Assembly (NCBI GenBank): GCA_964446965.1
Contig: CAYUQD010000001.1
Span: 21,586 to 85,585 of the forward strand
Reading direction: 5' to 3'
DNA: 64,000 nucleotides
DNA from: an uncultured Candidatus Saccharibacteria bacterium
GTDB lineage: Bacteria; Patescibacteriota; Minisyncoccia; Phycocordibacterales; UBA9973
Positions within the stretch are counted from its first letter, which is position 1; each line of letters begins with the position of its first letter. The position numbers were made by a program, and so were the translations under genes. The notes beneath the pieces were generated by a model that worked only from the letters and a program-made list of their open reading frames with translations, made no database searches and was not told the DNA's origin. Positions 48,528-58,034 of this stretch are shown here, piece after piece.

Positions 48528-48801
48528 TCTTACCCAGAGTATCTTTATACATCTGGCACCAGCGAGCTTTTCTTCTTTCCGGTATATCTTCTTTACATTC
48601 TCTTCTGATATACCATTTCTACCCCCGATTGCACGCGTACTATTACCCTTGCCCTTATTATTTCCGTTTCTCTTTGTTCTTCTTTTGTTCTTTCCATTTC
48701 TTACACCCTGTTCCTTACCTCACAACCCAATACCCCAATCGCCAAACCCCCTCACTCACAAAGTAGGGGGCTTTTTCTTTTTGGGGTATAATTGCATCAG
48801 T

Positions 48802-49275
48802 ATGGAACAATTATCCGGTGCAACCAAAAAGGCAGACGAGTACGCACTGCGTATACTTAATGGAGAAAACATCGACCAAGTACTTGATGGCGCAGATGCA
48901 TTTCGAGCTGAAGTAGAGAAGCGCATCGCTCAATATAATGAGAAAAAAAATGTACAACGAATAGCTGAAGAAAATGAAGGATTACCACAAACTGACCTAC
49001 ACGTCGAGCAGCGAATCGCATCAGACGCAGAAAAAATAAAAGAATTGGAAAATCAGCTATCCAAAGAATCTGAAGAAACAACATATGTACTGGGACAGCA
49101 AGTAGAATATATGGGTTCGAAGCATAAAATAATAGATATTATTGACCATCCATTCCAGAAACAGCAGACAGGTGAGATAGTAAAGGTGTATCATCTAGAA
49201 AATGAAGTGGGTACACCCATTCAAACAGGTCAAGTACGCAAATATGTTTTAGCCAACGAGCTCAAACCTTTGTAA
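48802..49275 (+). CDS. Hypothetical coiled-coil protein
   Basis: Starts MEQLSG just after TATAAT; the ORF track's upstream extension is not credible. Confidence 0.65.
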   Translation: MEQLSGATKKADEYALRILNGENIDQVLDGADAFRAEVEKRIAQYNEKKNVQRIAEENEGLPQTDLHVEQRIASDAEKIKELENQLSKESEETTYVLGQQVEYMGSKHKIIDIIDHPFQKQQTGEIVKVYHLENEVGTPIQTGQVRKYVLANELKPL

Positions 49276-49279
49276 TACT

Positions 49280-50026
49280 ATGGAGACAGATGTTCAGCAT
49301 TTCCAAGTCAAACACGAATCCTTTGAAGGGCCGATCGAGGTCTTGCTCGAGCTCATTGAGAAACGCAAACTCTTTGTCAACGATGTATCGCTAGCATCAG
49401 TTACTGACGACTTCATCTCATTCATTCAGTCCAAGGGTATGCATCCAGATATGGTTGCCAACTTCCTTGCAGTTGCGGCGACGCTGATCCTCATCAAGGC
49501 GCGATCCCTCCTCCCAAATCTCGAGCTCACCAGTGAGGAAAGTGAGTCTATCACCGACCTCGAACGACGCGTCGCGCTGTATCAAATCATCGCGCACATA
49601 TCGGGGGATCTCATTCGTCAGTATGGCAAGAGGATTTCATTCCAAGGAGTAGCACAGAAATCTGGGCCAGTATTTGCCCCCGACCCGAGCCTCCCTGTGG
49701 AGCAACTCCCGCTCCTCATTGCAGATATCATCAAGCGGGTCCCACCTCCTGCACCTACCAAGCCTGAGGCACGCGTCACGGCGACAATATCTATCACTGA
49801 AGTCATCGACACACTCATTGATCGTATCTCACAGATGACATCAGGGTCGTTCAATAGTATCCGCATCAGTGCGCCTGATGGGGATATGAAAGCTGAGAAA
49901 GTCTATACGATTGTGTCGTTTCTTGGTATGCTAGAGCTCGTACGACGCGGTCTCGTGAATGCCGACCAGAACGATCAGTATGGTGACATTCAGCTCGCGC
50001 GATCTAGTGAAGAATCCCACACCTAA
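49280..50026 (+). CDS. scpA: Segregation/condensation protein A
   Basis: FEGPIEVLLELI, FLAVAATLILIKARSLLP, SFLGMLEL. Confidence 0.93.
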   Translation: METDVQHFQVKHESFEGPIEVLLELIEKRKLFVNDVSLASVTDDFISFIQSKGMHPDMVANFLAVAATLILIKARSLLPNLELTSEESESITDLERRVALYQIIAHISGDLIRQYGKRISFQGVAQKSGPVFAPDPSLPVEQLPLLIADIIKRVPPPAPTKPEARVTATISITEVIDTLIDRISQMTSGSFNSIRISAPDGDMKAEKVYTIVSFLGMLELVRRGLVNADQNDQYGDIQLARSSEESHT

Positions 50027-50029
50027 TAT

Positions 50030-50560
50030 ATGTCACAGAGTCTCTCCCACAACCTCCCGCAGTCCATCCAAGCCATCCTGTTTGCAACAGGAGAGTCTCA
50101 TAGCTATGCGTCCCTTGCCAAACTACTCGAGACCGACACTGATGCTATTGCGAGCGCAGTACAAGAGCTCAAGGCGCTGATGCAGGGGCATAGTATTGTC
50201 GTATCAGAGCTCAACCAAGAGGTTGCGCTCGTTACACACAGTGAATACTCGAGTCTCATTGAGCGTATTCGCAAAGAAGAATTGAGCAAAGAGCTCTCAA
50301 AGGCGTCCGCTGAGACACTTGCCGTTATCGCGTACAGTACAGGTATTTCAAAGAGTCAGATCGAATTCATCCGAGGGGTCAATGTCTCGTATAGTCTCCG
50401 CGCACTGATGATGCGTGGCCTCATCGAGACGCGAGGTGAGAGCAGGGGAGCGATGTATTATCCTACATTAGAACTCCTCCAACATTTTGGTGTGGCAAGT
50501 ATCGAAGATCTCCCAGACTACGCTCCTACCAAAACAAAGCTCGAAGAGTTGATGAAATAA
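50030..50560 (+). CDS. scpB: Segregation/condensation protein B
   Basis: AILFA, LSKASAETLAVIAY, IEFIRGVN, FG...DLP. Confidence 0.93.
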   Translation: MSQSLSHNLPQSIQAILFATGESHSYASLAKLLETDTDAIASAVQELKALMQGHSIVVSELNQEVALVTHSEYSSLIERIRKEELSKELSKASAETLAVIAYSTGISKSQIEFIRGVNVSYSLRALMMRGLIETRGESRGAMYYPTLELLQHFGVASIEDLPDYAPTKTKLEELMK

Positions 50561-50561
50561 T

Positions 50562-51632
50562 ATGATTATCAACGTTATCAAAATTTTCTTGCCAACAACG
50601 CTTGCCTTCCTCATCGGTATCGGTCTCACGCCGACACTGACCAATTTTATGTATCGGCACAAGCTCTGGCGCAAGTCGCACCGCATCAACGAGACGATCA
50701 CAAACGAGGATTTCAAAAAGCTCAACAACTCTGCCGAAGAAACCTCTACTCCTCGCGTCGGAGGCATTCTCATCTGGCTATCAGTACTCGTCACTATTGG
50801 GCTGATGTGGCTGGTGTCGTATCTGTACCCATCAGATCTCACCGGCAAACTCGACTTCTATAGTCGTAGTCAGACACTCGTCCCACTCGCCAGTCTCATC
50901 TTTGCGAGTATGCTCGGACTCTTTGATGACTATCTCGAGATCAAGGGGAGAGTAGTTGTCGAGAACAAGCGTGATCGCGAGATACGATTTCGCTATATCA
51001 AGATATTCCTGATCTGTGTCGTTGGAGCATTGATTGCGAGCTGGTTCTATACCAAGCTTGGCGTTAGTAGTATTGCGATCCCATTTACGAGTACTGAACT
51101 ACAACTCGGAGTACTGTTTATCCCATTTTTCATACTAGTACTTGTTGCTGTATTTTCTGGAGGTGTTATCGATGGTATGGATGGACTCGCCGGAGGAGTA
51201 CTCGCGATCATCTTTGCATCGTATGCGGCGATCGCCTTTGGCAAGGAGATGATCGATATTGCGGCGTTGTGTGGAGTGATCTCAGGCGCGATACTTGCAT
51301 TTTTGTGGTTCAACATTCCTCCTGCCAGATTTTATATGGGAGAGACGGGGATGATGGGACTCCTCGTCGTACTCACTGTAGTCGCATTTCTCACCGATAC
51401 TGTACTACTCCTCCCGCTCATTGCCTTCCCACTCATGATATCGAGTGCATCGTCTCTCATACAGATATTCACCTACAAATACTGTGGCAAGCGTCGAGTG
51501 TTTAGGGTTGCTCCACTTCATCATCATTTCCATGCACTGGGTTGGTCGAGAGAAAAGATAGTTATGCGATACTGGGTGTTCAGTACCGTCACTGCACTCC
51601 TCGGCGTCGTCATTGCACTCGTCAGCAAATAA
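50562..51632 (+). CDS. mraY: Phospho-N-acetylmuramoyl-pentapeptide transferase
   Basis: TPRVGG, GLFDD, DGMDGL, FNIPPARFYMGETG, APLHHHF. Confidence 0.93.
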   Translation: MIINVIKIFLPTTLAFLIGIGLTPTLTNFMYRHKLWRKSHRINETITNEDFKKLNNSAEETSTPRVGGILIWLSVLVTIGLMWLVSYLYPSDLTGKLDFYSRSQTLVPLASLIFASMLGLFDDYLEIKGRVVVENKRDREIRFRYIKIFLICVVGALIASWFYTKLGVSSIAIPFTSTELQLGVLFIPFFILVLVAVFSGGVIDGMDGLAGGVLAIIFASYAAIAFGKEMIDIAALCGVISGAILAFLWFNIPPARFYMGETGMMGLLVVLTVVAFLTDTVLLLPLIAFPLMISSASSLIQIFTYKYCGKRRVFRVAPLHHHFHALGWSREKIVMRYWVFSTVTALLGVVIALVSK

Positions 51633-51647
51633 TCCCTATATCTAATA

Positions 51648-52772
51648 ATGGTCCAACGCCTCACAAAAAAAGTAGATCCAAAGCCATTTGATCGATACTT
51701 CCTCGGTATCGTCGTGCTCATTACTGTTGTTGGGCTTTTTTCTTTTGTGTCGGCGAGTCTCGGTATCCTCGTAAAGAGTGAGAGCAAGTTCTATGGTGTG
51801 TTGTTCAACCAGATCGTACTCGGTCTCGTCGGAGGGTTCGCGGGGCTATGGTTGACGATGAAGGTACCGTACCTCTTTTGGCGCAAGAATGCATTCTATA
51901 TATTCATTGCGACCCTCATCATTACGGTTCTCGTCTTTGTACCAGGACTTGGGTTTGCTCATGGAGGAGCATTGCGGTGGATTTCTATAGGACCGGTATC
52001 GTTCCAGCCGGCAGAGATCCTCAAGATTGGATTTGTCATCTATTTTGCGACATGGCTCGCGTGGACTCAAAAGAAAGCACAAGACGTGAAGTTTCGCATT
52101 ATCCCACTCGTCTGCATGCTCGGTGTTGTCGCAGTGATCCTGCTCAGACAACCCGATACAAAGAGTCTCATTCTCATCACGACAGCAGCTTGTGGCATGC
52201 TCTTTGTCTCTGGTGTATCGTGGAAAAAGATCGTTATGATCGTATCTATCGGCATCGTCGGCATCATCGGACTCGCCTTTGTACGGCCATATGTGATGCA
52301 GCGTATCAAGACTTTCATCAACCCGGCGTCTGACCCTCGAGGCGCGTCCTATCAGCTCCAGCAGTCACTCATTGCCATTGGTTCGGGCGGCGTATTTGGT
52401 CGCGGACTCGGACAGAGTGTGCAGAAGTTTAGCTATCTCCCAGAACCACAAGGTGACTCCGTATTTGCCGTCATTGGGGAAGAGTTCGGATTTTTTGGAT
52501 CTTCAATACTCGTCGTCCTCTATGTATTCCTCGCAGTGAGAGGGTTCAAGATCGCCATGCTCGCTCCCGACAGCTTTGGGAGGTATCTCGTCGTCGGTAT
52601 CACCACACTCCTTGTCGCGCAGTCATTCCTCAACATCGCATCCCTCGTCGGACTCTTTCCACTCACTGGCGTGCCACTCGTATTCATCAGTCATGGCGGA
52701 ACGTCATTATTCATTGCGCTCTGTGCAGTAGGAATGGTGCTCAACGTGTCAAGATATCAAAAGAAGGTATAA
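51648..52772 (+). CDS. ftsW: SEDS peptidoglycan glycosyltransferase FtsW
   Basis: RWI, FQPAE, QPD, YLPEPQGD, GEEFG, TGVPLVFISHGG. Confidence 0.92.
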   Translation: MVQRLTKKVDPKPFDRYFLGIVVLITVVGLFSFVSASLGILVKSESKFYGVLFNQIVLGLVGGFAGLWLTMKVPYLFWRKNAFYIFIATLIITVLVFVPGLGFAHGGALRWISIGPVSFQPAEILKIGFVIYFATWLAWTQKKAQDVKFRIIPLVCMLGVVAVILLRQPDTKSLILITTAACGMLFVSGVSWKKIVMIVSIGIVGIIGLAFVRPYVMQRIKTFINPASDPRGASYQLQQSLIAIGSGGVFGRGLGQSVQKFSYLPEPQGDSVFAVIGEEFGFFGSSILVVLYVFLAVRGFKIAMLAPDSFGRYLVVGITTLLVAQSFLNIASLVGLFPLTGVPLVFISHGGTSLFIALCAVGMVLNVSRYQKKV

Positions 52773-52784
52773 TAGAGTGGTCAT

Positions 52785-53927
52785 ATGAAAATTCTACTTA
52801 CAGGCGGGGGGACGGGCGGACATTTCTACCCATTGATGGCAATAGCCGAAGAACTCAACCACATGGCTGATGAGGAGCGCATCATCAACCTCAAACTCTA
52901 CTACATGAGCGACACACCCTATGACGCAGGTCTCCTCGAAGAGCAGTTCATCCGCTATATCCCGATCACTGCGGGCAAACTTCGCACACACCTCTCAATG
53001 AAAAATGTCATCCTCAACATCCAGAGTATGATCAAGACATTCTTTGGGATCATCAGTGCAGTATTCAAAGTATTCAGCCTCTATCCTGACGTCGTCATCT
53101 CCAAGGGTGGGTATGCATCATTTCCAGTACTTGTCGCTGCAAAACTCTTGCGCATCCCGACGATCATTCACGAGAGTGATACAGTCCCTGGACGCGTGAG
53201 TCGATGGTCAGGCAAGTTTGCAAAGAAGATCGCACTGTCATACCCAGAAGCCGCACAATACTTCGATCCGCAAAAGGTATCGATCACTGGTCAACCAGTT
53301 CGCAAGACGCTTACTCGTCCGGTACGCGAGGGCGCACGCGAGTTTTTTGAGCTCCCCGGAGATCTCCCGACAGTAGGTATATATGCAGGTTCACTCGGCT
53401 CAAAGGCGATCAATGATGTGATCGTCAGTATCGTGCCCGATCTGATCAAAAAGTATCAGGTCATTCACCAGACCGGTGCATCAGACTATGATGACGTGAC
53501 GACAGAGCTACGCATTGCGCTCGGAGACGACACTCGTCGTAGCCGGTACAAAGCATTCAAATTCCTCAACAACGTCCAGGCAAAGGTCTTCGCAGGTGCA
53601 GTCGATATCGTCATTGCACGTGCAGGTTCGACACTGTTTGAGATTGCAGCATGGGGCAAGCCATCTATCATCATTCCATATGTATATGCGCATGGTGATC
53701 ATCAACGCAAGAATGCGTATCACTATGCACGTACGGGAGCTGCGGTCGTGATCGAAGAATCAAACCTCACCTCATCCGTACTCCTTGGTCAGATCGAGTC
53801 TATACTTGAGAACCGAGACCTTTATAGTGCAATGGGAGCACATGCCAAGGCGTTCTACGCACCTGATGCGGCGCGCAAGATCTCAACCGAAGCACTTGCT
53901 ATCTCCCTTAGTCACGAGAAGCAATAA
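52785..53927 (+). CDS. murG: Undecaprenyl-PP-MurNAc-pentapeptide GlcNAc transferase MurG
   Basis: GGGTGGH, KGGYAS, HESD, GSLG, HQTG, HQRKNA. Confidence 0.95.
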   Translation: MKILLTGGGTGGHFYPLMAIAEELNHMADEERIINLKLYYMSDTPYDAGLLEEQFIRYIPITAGKLRTHLSMKNVILNIQSMIKTFFGIISAVFKVFSLYPDVVISKGGYASFPVLVAAKLLRIPTIIHESDTVPGRVSRWSGKFAKKIALSYPEAAQYFDPQKVSITGQPVRKTLTRPVREGAREFFELPGDLPTVGIYAGSLGSKAINDVIVSIVPDLIKKYQVIHQTGASDYDDVTTELRIALGDDTRRSRYKAFKFLNNVQAKVFAGAVDIVIARAGSTLFEIAAWGKPSIIIPYVYAHGDHQRKNAYHYARTGAAVVIEESNLTSSVLLGQIESILENRDLYSAMGAHAKAFYAPDAARKISTEALAISLSHEKQ

Positions 53928-54762
53928 GACCTTTCTTTTTTGCATACACATAGGTAAATGATGCTCCGAGAAAGAATACTTGTGCAGAGTAATATACCCA
54001 CACGAGAAGTCCGACAAGAGAAGCCGCGCTACCGAACACATCAGTATGTACAAGGAAGCGAATATATTGAAGGATAAGGAAGTTACCGATAATGAATAGC
54101 AGTGCAGTGATGAACGCTCCAAAAAAGATAATACGCCACGGCAACTTTCTATTGGGCAGGATGCGATAGATAACGGCAAAAAGGATAGTGCCGAGTCCGA
54201 GAGGAGCGAGAAGTTGCAACAAATTGATAAGGGACACAAACGCAGGTGCAACTCGCACCACATCCTGCAATGCCCCAAAGAATACCGTCACCCCAATCGA
54301 GACAAGCAGAATGAGTGCGAGAAGCGGTACGAGAGAAAAAGCAACTATTTTTGACTGTATGACTCTTGCAACCTTTTTCCAGAAGGTTGTTTTTGTGCTG
54401 GGTTGAGTTGGGGTATCCCAGAGTATGTCGAAGTCTTGGTCGAGTTCTCCAAACACACCAATCGCACCGATGATCGTGATGCCTGCACCGATGAGCGCTG
54501 TTGTGATACTGATGGTCTCAGATGTCTGACTACGCAAAAGCTCGTCAATGTACTGTGCAGCACTTCGTCCGATAGTATTACCGAGCTCCGTGATGAGTGT
54601 GCCTTGGACAATATCGCGACTAAAGAGATAGCTTGCCAGCGTGATGAGTAAGAGTGTTAGTGGTACAAACGAGAGCATTGCGTAGTAGGAGAGTGCGGCG
54701 CCCATCCGTGGCGCATTGTGTGATCTCCAGTGAGTAATAGTGTCGCGAATAAGTTTTTTCAT
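53908..54762 (-). CDS. YihY/virulence factor BrkB family membrane protein
   Basis: GAALSYY..LS..P, IYRILP, FGSAASLVGLLVWVYYSAQVFFLGA; 3' end overlaps murG by 20 nt. Confidence 0.9.
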   Translation of the reverse strand: MKKLIRDTITHWRSHNAPRMGAALSYYAMLSFVPLTLLLITLASYLFSRDIVQGTLITELGNTIGRSAAQYIDELLRSQTSETISITTALIGAGITIIGAIGVFGELDQDFDILWDTPTQPSTKTTFWKKVARVIQSKIVAFSLVPLLALILLVSIGVTVFFGALQDVVRVAPAFVSLINLLQLLAPLGLGTILFAVIYRILPNRKLPWRIIFFGAFITALLFIIGNFLILQYIRFLVHTDVFGSAASLVGLLVWVYYSAQVFFLGASFTYVYAKKKGLIASRD

Positions 54763-54796
54763 ACTGATAGTATATATGTTTTTTGAAATAAATGAG

Positions 54797-54805
54797 TTAT
54801 CCACA
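54797..54805 (+). promoter_or_regulatory. Single consensus DnaA box
   Basis: TTATCCACA. Confidence 0.35.
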
Positions 54806-54825
54806 ACATATTGTATGCACTATAC

Positions 54826-54854
54826 TTGCATGTGAACGATCGTTCACATATACT
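54826..54854 (+). promoter_or_regulatory. Sigma70 promoter with LexA (SOS) box in the spacer
   Basis: TTGCAT-N17-TATACT; perfect 20-bp palindrome ATGTGAACGATCGTTCACAT (54830-54849) containing GAAC-N4-GTTC. Confidence 0.8.
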
Positions 54855-54899
54855 ACATACAGGTCGCGATTATCAAGAATAACCTGTCTCACAAAACCT

Positions 54900-55085
54900 A
54901 TGACACGACATCAATACACCAAAAATATATACACAGAACTTCGTACCCTCAACGAACGCATTGATTACAAGATTTTGCGAGGACAGCGGTATTCGGATGA
55001 ATCCCTTCGCCACAAGGCACTCCTCAAACAGATTGCTCGCCAATCAAAGCGTGGACTCATTAGCAGACTATTCTCATTTGCCTAA
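54900..55085 (+). CDS. 61-aa basic hypothetical protein (lexA operon)
   Basis: MTRHQYTKNIYTELRTLNERIDYKILRG...RGLISRLFSFA; amphipathic C-terminus. Confidence 0.65.
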   Translation: MTRHQYTKNIYTELRTLNERIDYKILRGQRYSDESLRHKALLKQIARQSKRGLISRLFSFA

Positions 55086-55086
55086 C

Positions 55087-55269
55087 ATGAATACAACCTT
55101 CAAAGACATCCTCAAAAGTGAACTCGTACGACTCGAACACCTCGTCGACCACACTCACACACCAAGTACATATCCTATACCGATGCACCGGTACATTCGT
55201 CGTCCACAAAAGTCTAGTATGTACTCAGGATTGTTCTCCTTTGTACGAGTAGTACAATTTCTCCTATAA
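55087..55269 (+). CDS. 60-aa hypothetical protein (lexA operon)
   Basis: MNTTFKDILKSELVRL...GLFSFVRVVQFLL; starts 1 nt after the previous stop. Confidence 0.55.
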   Translation: MNTTFKDILKSELVRLEHLVDHTHTPSTYPIPMHRYIRRPQKSSMYSGLFSFVRVVQFLL

Positions 55270-55284
55270 CCGTATACTATTTGT

Positions 55285-55848
55285 ATGAATCCTGATTACA
55301 AGCAAAAGCTCATCGCATTCCATCAGTCACGCAAGCGCATGCCGTCATATACGGAGATGATGGATCTCTTTGGGTTCAAGTCAAAGAATGCAGTTGCACG
55401 TCTCGTCGACAAACTCCTTGCTGCGGGTATTGTGACCAAGGATAGACTGGGCAAACTCTTGCCAACTGACATGTTCGATAGCGTACCGCTCCTTGGTTCG
55501 GTCAAGGCGGGATTCCCATCGAGTGTGGACGAGATCACTGACTCACTCAACCTCGAAGACTATCTCATCAAGAAAAAGGATCAGACATACATGCTCGAAG
55601 TCGATGGTAACTCTATGATCAATGCGCATATCGCAGATGGAGACATCGTCATCGCAGAGCGTACCAACACTGCAAAAGTGGGCGATATTGTGATCGCACA
55701 GATCGATGGAGAATTCACCATGAAGTATCTACGCTCTACCAACGGCAAGATGTGGCTCGAACCAGCCAACAAAGACTTCAAACCGATGCATCCCAAGCAC
55801 TCTCTCGTGATCGCCGCAGTTATCAAAGGTGTTGTGCGCAAATACTAA
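55285..55848 (+). CDS. lexA: LexA family repressor (wHTH + S24 peptidase)
   Basis: PSYTEM...GFKSKNAV wHTH, VKAGFP Ala-Gly cleavage site, GNSM Ser, TMK Lys. Confidence 0.88.
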   Translation: MNPDYKQKLIAFHQSRKRMPSYTEMMDLFGFKSKNAVARLVDKLLAAGIVTKDRLGKLLPTDMFDSVPLLGSVKAGFPSSVDEITDSLNLEDYLIKKKDQTYMLEVDGNSMINAHIADGDIVIAERTNTAKVGDIVIAQIDGEFTMKYLRSTNGKMWLEPANKDFKPMHPKHSLVIAAVIKGVVRKY

Positions 55849-56772
55849 TTATTGATTCTCAATCGCAGCGCGTGTTGTAGCAGCAGATTGTATCTGTTCA
55901 CTATATGCAGTAATGACTTCAGTGAGCTCATCTACGGTGAGTGTTGTTGCATTTGGATCTGTTGCAAGCTTCTTCCACGGAGCAGTCTTGCCATATGCGT
56001 ACTCTCCAAAGACGATCACTGGCGTACCTGATGCGAGCTCGTTCTGCCCGCTAGCATCGAGTATCCACTGCTTTGCCCAGTCGTAGATCCACATGGCATC
56101 TGCTTCGAGAAGTCTGATACACGCATGACTCGCAGGGTAGCCTGGCAAGTCGAATTGATGAAGGGCGATACCTTCCATACTATCGAGGTTGAATGCCCAC
56201 GGGAGGATATATCCGCCTTCGAGCGTGCTGACGACGAGCTTGCCCTTCCAGTTGGTGAAGTAGAGGCGACTTGGTGTCGGAGTATTTTTTTTGCCAGTAC
56301 TGGTCGGCATCCATCGCACGAGTGTGCCATTCTCATATGCGGCCACTGCTTGGATACGTTGTGACACGAGCAATAGCTGTGGAATATCGGTTGCAACTGG
56401 CAATTGTGTCGGGAACGGAGAGAGTGCATTCCAGTCGCTGAGCTCTGAAGGGATAGTGATGGTGACACCTTTTTGGATATGCTTTGCATCGAGGCGGTTG
56501 AGGGTGAGTACGTATGGCACATTACTCAGCCCGACCACTGCAGCGATCTCAGCGCCCGGTTTGTCGGTCTGGATCGTGATGGATGTGTACGAGAGCTCCT
56601 TTTTGGGAGGCGTGATCGGGGCTTCTATCGGAGTCACGACAACGGGCGTAGGAATGATCGTCGAGTCAGCTTTGCTCGTAAATGTAGCGAGTCCATAGAC
56701 TACACCTGCAACCACAAGCACTACTATCCCTGAGACGATATGTTTTTGCTCGACCTTTTTTGTGCGCTTCAT
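55849..56772 (-). CDS. L,D-transpeptidase (YkuD family)
   Basis: STGK..TPTP, IALH...PGYPASHACIRL; N-terminal TM. Confidence 0.88.
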   Translation of the reverse strand: MKRTKKVEQKHIVSGIVVLVVAGVVYGLATFTSKADSTIIPTPVVVTPIEAPITPPKKELSYTSITIQTDKPGAEIAAVVGLSNVPYVLTLNRLDAKHIQKGVTITIPSELSDWNALSPFPTQLPVATDIPQLLLVSQRIQAVAAYENGTLVRWMPTSTGKKNTPTPSRLYFTNWKGKLVVSTLEGGYILPWAFNLDSMEGIALHQFDLPGYPASHACIRLLEADAMWIYDWAKQWILDASGQNELASGTPVIVFGEYAYGKTAPWKKLATDPNATTLTVDELTEVITAYSEQIQSAATTRAAIENQ

Positions 56773-56805
56773 AATACCTATTGTAACGCATGAGGCCACA
56801 TTTCC

Positions 56806-57414
56806 TTACATTCGAGTGTGCACCATCAGCTTGCCAGCAGTGCGTTCGATCTTGTCAGCGGTGCGCGTCGGTTTGAATCCTTTGGGGAGTATCGATGTAT
56901 GGGGACTATCATCGAGGTCTGCACCTATGTCCCAGAGATCTTCGGCACTAGTGATCCAGTCAGTACCATACTTTTTTAATGAAAAAGGTTTTGAATAGTC
57001 TCGCATCGTCTTGTCTCCCGAGTCGAGGAAGTATTCGTGTGCGTACGAGAGTGCGAGTTCTCGAATCGTTTTGTAAATAGGTTCTCGATATCGCAATACT
57101 GCATGATTGGTCTTGGAGATCGCACCCCAATAGTCATTGTGTTTGAACAATGCAACGACATGATCGAGATCGTCTACCGTACTGCGCAAGTCGAGCAGTA
57201 GTGGATGTGCGCCGTGATACCAGAGTATGGCAGCTGCGAGGTACGCACCTTCGAGGCAATGAGCCTTGTTGTGCAGCAATACTTCGCGCGGACTCCGGCA
57301 TGTCTCGCCACCTTTTTCAAAATTGTACGGAATGGTGTTCAGATAATCCTGAATGAGGGCAGGAGAGCGGAGCTTTTTGAAAAGCCTTTGTTCCGAAGGG
57401 GATAAGTTGAACAT
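56806..57414 (-). CDS. Conserved hypothetical protein, transglutaminase-like
   Basis: IQDYLN.IPYN, AHCLEGA..AAA, DHVVALF, WGAISKTN..LRYR. Confidence 0.7.
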   Translation of the reverse strand: MFNLSPSEQRLFKKLRSPALIQDYLNTIPYNFEKGGETCRSPREVLLHNKAHCLEGAYLAAAILWYHGAHPLLLDLRSTVDDLDHVVALFKHNDYWGAISKTNHAVLRYREPIYKTIRELALSYAHEYFLDSGDKTMRDYSKPFSLKKYGTDWITSAEDLWDIGADLDDSPHTSILPKGFKPTRTADKIERTAGKLMVHTRM

Positions 57415-57450
57415 ATCCTAGTATAGCAAAGCGGGTGTATACTATATGGT

Positions 57451-58032
57451 ATGAAAAAACTAATTATATTTGTCGTTCTCGTCGTCCTTGCAGCGGTATT
57501 GATCAAGTACTCTGGTACAAAAGTCGCGCCTGCACCATCTACTACTGCATATACTGGAACTACATTTAGTTTTGAGCCAGCATCAGGATACCCTGTTACT
57601 ACTACAGACGAGAACACCTTGTGGCGCACCAACACCCAGACTGCCGGACAACTCCTCGCAAAAGTGCATATTCCTCGTGAATTCCAACCCCAGACCAACT
57701 TTAGCGAAGCAACATTTACGATAGGGATGAGTACTGACTATGATGCAGTACGTGAATGTATAGTCCCATCCAATGGTGAGCGAGCAAAGGGGAGTGTCGA
57801 GATCAATGGCACCACGTTTTATATTATTACTCTCAGCGATGCTGGTATGAGCAACTATTATGATACGACGAGCTATCGCACGTTGCACAACGACTCTTGT
57901 TACGCTGTAGAATATACTATTCACTCCACAAGCTTTGCGGCGTATGATCCGAGTCTCGGTATCAAAGAATTCGATACTCCTGCAGTCGTCAAAGTACTCG
58001 AAGACATGGTGCAGAGCTTCAAGTTTATATAA
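57451..58032 (+). CDS. Membrane-anchored CPR hypothetical protein
   Basis: N-terminal TM; P.TNFSEA, DAGMSNYY, CYAVEY, SFKF. Confidence 0.7.
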   Translation: MKKLIIFVVLVVLAAVLIKYSGTKVAPAPSTTAYTGTTFSFEPASGYPVTTTDENTLWRTNTQTAGQLLAKVHIPREFQPQTNFSEATFTIGMSTDYDAVRECIVPSNGERAKGSVEINGTTFYIITLSDAGMSNYYDTTSYRTLHNDSCYAVEYTIHSTSFAAYDPSLGIKEFDTPAVVKVLEDMVQSFKFI

Positions 58033-58034
58033 GT

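Noticed and set aside
48508-48801. Hydrophobic N-terminal extension of the 255-aa ORF
   Set aside because: Low-complexity pyrimidine tract crossing a terminator and a TATAAT; ATG 48802 is the better start
54780-54860. Replication origin at the DnaA box
   Set aside because: Only one box, no dnaA/dnaN or clear unwinding element, and the gap is explained by divergent promoters
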